This document shows, piece after piece, positions 16,130 through 20,000 of a stretch of 20,000 nucleotides of DNA. Source of the DNA: an uncultured virus (IMG/VR IMGVR_UViG_3300002835_000127). Taxonomy: Duplodnaviria > Heunggongvirae > Uroviricota > Caudoviricetes. The DNA lies in the IMG/VR virus record IMGVR_UViG_3300002835_000127, positions 55,452-75,451 of that record; one strand, given 5' to 3'. The notes under the pieces are model-generated. The model had not been told where the DNA came from. It made no database searches and saw nothing but the letters and a program-made list of their open reading frames with translations. The number at the start of each line of letters is the position of its first letter. The first letter of the stretch is position 1. Position numbers and translations under genes: made by a program.

Positions 16130-16615
16130 TTATCTGCAAACCAATATCTCTAAAATTACCCTTTTATCTAAGTGGGGATTACACACCGTTATACCTCCGT
16201 CCTGGTATACTGGTCCAGGTTTAGCCAGATTCCATCCATATTGCTCAGAATCAAAAGTTGTGATATTAACACCGCTCAATACAGTAAGTTCGCCCATAAA
16301 ATATTCATTGCCCCTGTACTCCCATGTAATGAACTTGTCTTTTTCTAAAGTCCCAGCTGGGTATACTGCTTTAATAGCTATAAAGCTAACGTACCCTCCA
16401 GGATCCGCTATGTCCGACTGGCTTATCAGTGCGCAGGATTCAGCTCTAAGATTTATTGTGGATTTTGAATATGCAGGAACATCAAATAACAAATCCTCTA
16501 ACATAAGCACTATTTGAGGATTCATCATGCTGTTTGAATCTATAACCAGGTTAGTTCTTTCGAATTTCAATCCCTCTGGTTCTATATAGGGACATATAAC
16601 GGGTCTTGTTGCCAT
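16130..16615 (-). CDS. Hypothetical beta-rich, putative structural protein (paralog of 16617-17306)
   Basis: Shares VSFI...A.Y, W.Y.GN, MGE..VL.G, GWN, GP and GGIT..NP blocks with its neighbour. Confidence 0.75.
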   Translation of the reverse strand: MATRPVICPYIEPEGLKFERTNLVIDSNSMMNPQIVLMLEDLLFDVPAYSKSTINLRAESCALISQSDIADPGGYVSFIAIKAVYPAGTLEKDKFITWEYRGNEYFMGELTVLSGVNITTFDSEQYGWNLAKPGPVYQDGGITVCNPHLDKRVILEILVCR

Positions 16616-16616
16616 A

Positions 16617-17306
16617 TTAGTTTGCTGTTATTACTACCAGTTTAACTGGCGATTCGGTTGGGTTTGTAAAGGTGATGCCACCCAAACTAGGATTGGATAC
16701 AGGACCTGTGTGACCTATATTAGAGAAAGAACTTATATTCCACCCCTTCCAATTCTGATCCTCTTTTACAGCGCCGGTTAAAACCATTATTTCACCCATC
16801 GGGTATCTAGTGTTTCCGTCGTAGTCCCAAAATAATACTCTAGCAGCTCCCTTTTGTGTCGGTAGATAATAAGCTCTTGCCAATATAAAGCTAACCTCGT
16901 TTAATGTGTTGGCAAAATTACCAGTATCTACATCGATTGAAGTATCCGGAGCTATTACAAATGTTTGCTTTTGGTAACTAGAGAAAGAAAGAAAAGGATG
17001 GAAAAAAGAAGCTAAGCTCAGGGTATCCATCACATTTGACTGCAGGCATACATTAAAAGAGGACTTGAAGTATTTAAAAAAAGCAGGTTGGTTCTTATAC
17101 TTAAACGTCCAATCTATCAGCGGTAATGCTTCCCTTGTTCTAGCAACGTTAGTGTATCTAGCAGTAAAAGTACAAGCACCAGGTGTGAAAACTGGCGCAC
17201 TAGTAGATCCACCCTGTACAGTTTGGGTATATGTACCGCCTGTACTACCTCCTCCGTCGTAATTTAAGTTATTTGACTCCTGTTGGATCTGCGGGTAATC
17301 TGCCAT
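16617..17306 (-). CDS. Hypothetical beta-rich, putative structural protein with Gly/Thr-rich N-terminal extension
   Basis: Paralogous to 16130-16615 and has its own late-promoter motif. Confidence 0.75.
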   Translation of the reverse strand: MADYPQIQQESNNLNYDGGGSTGGTYTQTVQGGSTSAPVFTPGACTFTARYTNVARTREALPLIDWTFKYKNQPAFFKYFKSSFNVCLQSNVMDTLSLASFFHPFLSFSSYQKQTFVIAPDTSIDVDTGNFANTLNEVSFILARAYYLPTQKGAARVLFWDYDGNTRYPMGEIMVLTGAVKEDQNWKGWNISSFSNIGHTGPVSNPSLGGITFTNPTESPVKLVVITAN

Positions 17307-17318
17307 TTCTTATTCTTT

Positions 17319-17326
17319 TATTTATC
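17319..17326 (-). promoter_or_regulatory. Putative late promoter GATAAATA
   Basis: In the 21-nt gap upstream of the ATG at 17306. One mismatch to TATAAATA. Confidence 0.65.
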
Positions 17327-17327
17327 C

Positions 17328-18086
17328 TTATATGAAAGGTGGAACGCCTTGCTTCAGTGATTTCCTGTTGGAGTTAGCGTTCTTTATTTCGTTGAAAGTC
17401 TGTGGTAAATTCTGATTGTTAGCTTCAGCATGTTCCTGTCCAACGTTTACATACTGCAAATCTGGTAAATCACTAGCTTCCTCAATTTGGATAGCAGGAT
17501 ACTCCTCTTTCATCTCAGATATACTTATAACATCCACATTATTTTCCAAAGGAACCTCAGGTTTATCGCCAGATGCCACGATCTCTAGTTCCTCCCTAGG
17601 TAAAGCATCATCTTCTTCCACGATCGGGTCGGGTTTCAATATCTGCTCCGGATCCTCTGGCTTTATGTAATCAACTAGAGATTTTATAAAGCCCAGAGCT
17701 ACAAGAGGCAGTATTGCACCGCTGATTATCGACAATATACGTTTTTGAAATATAATATCCTCTTCTATTAAGCCAAATAGCTCGCTCCATCCCTGGAAAT
17801 CCTGTATGTTTGTATATGCATAGTAGGTATTTCCCATGGCTTGCATAGCAGTAAGCGTTATAAAAAGTATCCAAACTAGGAATTTGTTCATCTTATCTAG
17901 AGCTATAAGGGAAGCAAGGGAAGCAGCTGCACCGAGTTCAAAAGCTATAGCAAGTGACACTGAAAGCCACTTTGGATTTGTAAGATCAAAGAATTGAATA
18001 ACGTGTATCGTAGAGATTACGGACACTACAAGGTAAAGAGAAACAAAAGTTCCTATTATAAAGTATTTTAGCCATCCTTTCTCCAT
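17328..18086 (-). CDS. Multi-pass membrane protein (about 4 TM helices) with acidic C-terminal tail
   Basis: Four hydrophobic segments in the first ~140 aa, then an E/D/P-rich tail. Confidence 0.8.
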   Translation of the reverse strand: MEKGWLKYFIIGTFVSLYLVVSVISTIHVIQFFDLTNPKWLSVSLAIAFELGAAASLASLIALDKMNKFLVWILFITLTAMQAMGNTYYAYTNIQDFQGWSELFGLIEEDIIFQKRILSIISGAILPLVALGFIKSLVDYIKPEDPEQILKPDPIVEEDDALPREELEIVASGDKPEVPLENNVDVISISEMKEEYPAIQIEEASDLPDLQYVNVGQEHAEANNQNLPQTFNEIKNANSNRKSLKQGVPPFI

Positions 18087-18090
18087 ACGA

Positions 18091-18384
18091 TTACTTATTA
18101 GAATTTTCTATCTTGGATTTTATATCAGACAAAGAGGTTTTTCCTTTATCGAAATCGTCTTCGTAAATAAGAAAATTGAACATATTCTGCTTAAGAGCAT
18201 TATCCATCTGATCCTTAGTTATAAGTGACTCTTGTATAGAATCGGTGGATTGTGTTATTTTCTTAATCTCTTTATCTATTCTATCAACCTCTCTGTTTAC
18301 TCCACATTGTTTTAAAAATACAACTAAAAGTAAGAAAAGGGTAATTGCCCAGGAATATTCCTTAATTTTTTCTAATGTTTTCAT
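18091..18384 (-). CDS. Single-pass membrane coiled-coil protein
   Basis: N-terminal TM segment WAITLFLLLVVFL followed by QC and a heptad-like helix. Confidence 0.8.
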   Translation of the reverse strand: MKTLEKIKEYSWAITLFLLLVVFLKQCGVNREVDRIDKEIKKITQSTDSIQESLITKDQMDNALKQNMFNFLIYEDDFDKGKTSLSDIKSKIENSNK

Positions 18385-18416
18385 GTTTTATTGTTTTATT
18401 GTTTTAAAGTACTAAG

Positions 18417-18424
18417 TATTTATC
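18417..18424 (-). promoter_or_regulatory. Putative late promoter GATAAATA
   Basis: Intergenic, after a terminator and 32 nt upstream of the ATG at 18384. Confidence 0.65.
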
Positions 18425-18444
18425 TAATATTATTTTGGAAAAAG

Positions 18445-18468
18445 AAAAAGCCGGAAACCCGGCTTTTT
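18445..18468. terminator. Rho-independent terminator (symmetrical, potentially bidirectional)
   Basis: Perfect inverted repeat AAAAAGCCGG-aaac-CCGGCTTTTT. Confidence 0.85.
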
Positions 18469-18489
18469 TAGATGCTATTTAAAAATTAA

Positions 18490-19026
18490 TTACACTAGCT
18501 CTATACCTTGTTGAGCTGCGTTTAATCTTTTTCTAATCTCCTCGATATTTCTATTGTCCTCTTTTACATCATTTAATGCAATATCAATAGGCTTGTATAG
18601 CTTAATGAAGTTCTTTGCTTCATCTAGTCCTTTACCTCTTGACTTAGAAATGAAATAGTGACTAGCCTCAAGAGTCAAAGAGCTCATATAAACCATGTTG
18701 TCTTTAATTCCTTCTTTTTCAATCTTAGAGATAGATTTGCTAATCTCTACAATACCAATAGACTCGGTGGAGCTCCATTCAGCACTCTCGGTTATGTATT
18801 TTTTAAAAGCTTGGAATGCTTCGGTATCCATAGAAACAGCATATACTTTTTTTCTGGACTCCTCTATTTTTTCCTCTAGTTCTTTTTCAATTCTTTGAAC
18901 TTTTTCTTCATCAACCGAAATATGCATACCCCCAAATTCCATAGTTTCAATCTCACCCGGTAATCTATCTAAATTAGCTGAGGATGCTAAATTCAATTCT
19001 TCGTTTTTTTCCTTTTGTCTAGCCAT
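18490..19026 (-). CDS. Hypothetical helical/coiled-coil protein
   Basis: 178-aa charged ORF with its own promoter motif and terminator. Confidence 0.8.
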   Translation of the reverse strand: MARQKEKNEELNLASSANLDRLPGEIETMEFGGMHISVDEEKVQRIEKELEEKIEESRKKVYAVSMDTEAFQAFKKYITESAEWSSTESIGIVEISKSISKIEKEGIKDNMVYMSSLTLEASHYFISKSRGKGLDEAKNFIKLYKPIDIALNDVKEDNRNIEEIRKRLNAAQQGIELV

Positions 19027-19042
19027 TTTGTTATTTTTTTAA

Positions 19043-19070
19043 TTTATACTTCTTTTTAGTAATAAGTTTC
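19043..19070 (-). promoter_or_regulatory. Putative early/middle promoter GAAAC-N17-TATAAA
   Basis: Intergenic copy of the recurrent bipartite motif. Confidence 0.55.
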
Positions 19071-19076
19071 ACTATT

Positions 19077-19883
19077 TTATTCAATATCGAAGATATCAGA
19101 CTCTGCTCTATTTTGATCTAGGTAGGCTCTAAGAGGAGCTCGAAGATCCCTCGCTGGAAATATTCTAGCGGGTCCATCTGGTCCTATATGAACTAGGAAT
19201 CCGCTTTCGGTCTCCAAACCAATAGCTTCCTCTAGTATCAGTCTATACATGGAAAGCTGTATAGAATATTCATTATGCTGATTCTCGTAAAGAGTATGAA
19301 AAGGTCTAAGCAATTTTTTATATCTTCCCTTTGGATGATCGTCGTGCTTAAATTCCTTGTTTGTTTTCCAGTCGCCTATTAAAATTAAAATCTTATTTCT
19401 CTTCTCGTCCCACATTAGAAATGGCTGATCTATAGTTCCAGCTAATCTCCATTTCTTAGAAAATATTTTTAGCTCAGAAGGCAGGGGAACTAGATCTTTT
19501 AATTTTTGCTCGTACAATTCCTTAAACTTCAAAACTCTCTCCATCTCCTCCCCTGGTTCAGGCATTTCTGGATTAAGGCCAGTCCAAAAATCCTCTATCC
19601 ATTTATGTACGTTTGTACCGAGAACAGTAGATTTGTCAGCTTTTTCCTTCCACTCGTTCTCTATGACCGATGGGTCAACTCCTCTCTGTCTTGCTTTTTC
19701 TCTTACCCAATAATCCCTCTGGAACGGTTCTTTAAAATTCTTCAGGAAAGTTGTAACTGAATCGAATTTTTTACCCGAGTATGTGTAGGTATGTGAAGGT
19801 TCGTCAAAAATAAAATTAGCATCATTAAACACTTTAAGTCTCTTCTCTATTTCATCTTTCTCTTTTAGCAGTATTTCTTTCAT
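19077..19883 (-). CDS. PD-(D/E)XK exonuclease (RecB/lambda-exo/Cas4-like superfamily)
   Basis: H.Y...SVTT, GT.VH..IE, SE, AGTID, DWKT and Q...Y motifs. The likely start is the ATG at 19883 (268 aa), because the longer track start overlaps the upstream gene. Confidence 0.85.
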   Translation of the reverse strand: MKEILLKEKDEIEKRLKVFNDANFIFDEPSHTYTYSGKKFDSVTTFLKNFKEPFQRDYWVREKARQRGVDPSVIENEWKEKADKSTVLGTNVHKWIEDFWTGLNPEMPEPGEEMERVLKFKELYEQKLKDLVPLPSELKIFSKKWRLAGTIDQPFLMWDEKRNKILILIGDWKTNKEFKHDDHPKGRYKKLLRPFHTLYENQHNEYSIQLSMYRLILEEAIGLETESGFLVHIGPDGPARIFPARDLRAPLRAYLDQNRAESDIFDIE

Positions 19884-19894
19884 GGTATTATAAT

Positions 19895-20000
19895 TTAAAA
19901 GAGAAAGTGAATTATGGCCCAAATTGATGAAACAGGCAAAAGTATGGAATAAAAAATAAACCAAAACCAAGTCAATTTACGGAAAACAAAATAATACACG
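19895..20000 (-). CDS. 3' end of a membrane protein (partial)
   Basis: Open frame ...VYYFVFRKLTWFWFIFYSILLPVSSIWAIIHFLF* ending at TAA 19895-19897, 11 nt before the nuclease ATG. Confidence 0.55.
   Translation of the reverse strand, partial: VYYFVFRKLTWFWFIFYSILLPVSSIWAIIHFLF

Noticed and set aside
18091..18384. Lipoprotein (o-spanin) call from FLKQC
   Set aside because: It does not fit the canonical [LVI][ASTVI][GAS]C lipobox, so it is left as an unassigned membrane protein.
18384..18407. 8-bp tandem repeat (tgttttat x2 plus tgttttaa) upstream of the 97-aa gene
   Set aside because: Short low-complexity A-rich leader, explainable as translation-initiation sequence. Too short to call an iteron or array.
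986..19760. All plus-strand ORFs in the track and the small nested minus-strand ORFs (4821-5072, 17671-17874)
   Set aside because: They lie antisense to or inside well-supported genes, have no recognisable motifs, and have no independent expression signals.
19077..19883. Cas4/CRISPR association of the PD-(D/E)XK nuclease
   Set aside because: It has no Fe-S cysteine cluster, and no cas genes or repeat-spacer array are visible in the window.
19884..19970. N-terminal 29 aa of the track's 297-aa nuclease ORF
   Set aside because: It overlaps the hydrophobic 3' end of an upstream gene in another frame. The ATG at 19883 is the more plausible start.
1..20000. Stop-codon reassignment (TAG or TGA) as in some large phages
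   Set aside because: Conserved genes are full-length in the standard code. TAG (e.g. 967, 3101, 8486, 11722) and TGA (e.g. 5237, 6071, 7056, 12363) end genes at natural boundaries.

Overview
A 20 kb, AT-rich, densely coding segment of a large T4-related (jumbo-type) tailed phage genome. All real genes are on the minus strand and read in the standard genetic code. The host is probably a Bacteroidota: there is a TAnnTTTG promoter box, and the leaders are A-rich and mostly lack a Shine-Dalgarno sequence. In transcription order (right to left) the genes are: PD-(D/E)XK nuclease; coiled-coil protein; two membrane proteins; a tandem pair of paralogous beta-rich proteins; an 864-aa prohead core/scaffold-like protein; a very short gp55-like late sigma factor; gp4 head completion nuclease; gp2-like DNA end protector; two tandem gp20-type portal paralogs; ATP-dependent DNA ligase; gp44 clamp loader; hypothetical; guanylate kinase; RNase H/5'-3' exonuclease; gp62-like clamp loader subunit; UVR-domain protein; SH3-like protein; a UvsE homolog lacking most catalytic residues; PolB-type 3'-5' exonuclease; and a nucleotidyltransferase. 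The most notable signals are: (1) an A_AAA_AAG slippery site at the stop codon of the scaffold-like gene, whose -1 frame continues the protein's own AKAP repeats for 53 aa; (2) the duplicated portal; (3) the apparently catalytically dead UvsE; (4) a structured, possibly switchable leader on the late sigma gene; and (5) three distinct promoter motif classes that sort by gene function. All family assignments come from motif recognition by eye, with no database searches.
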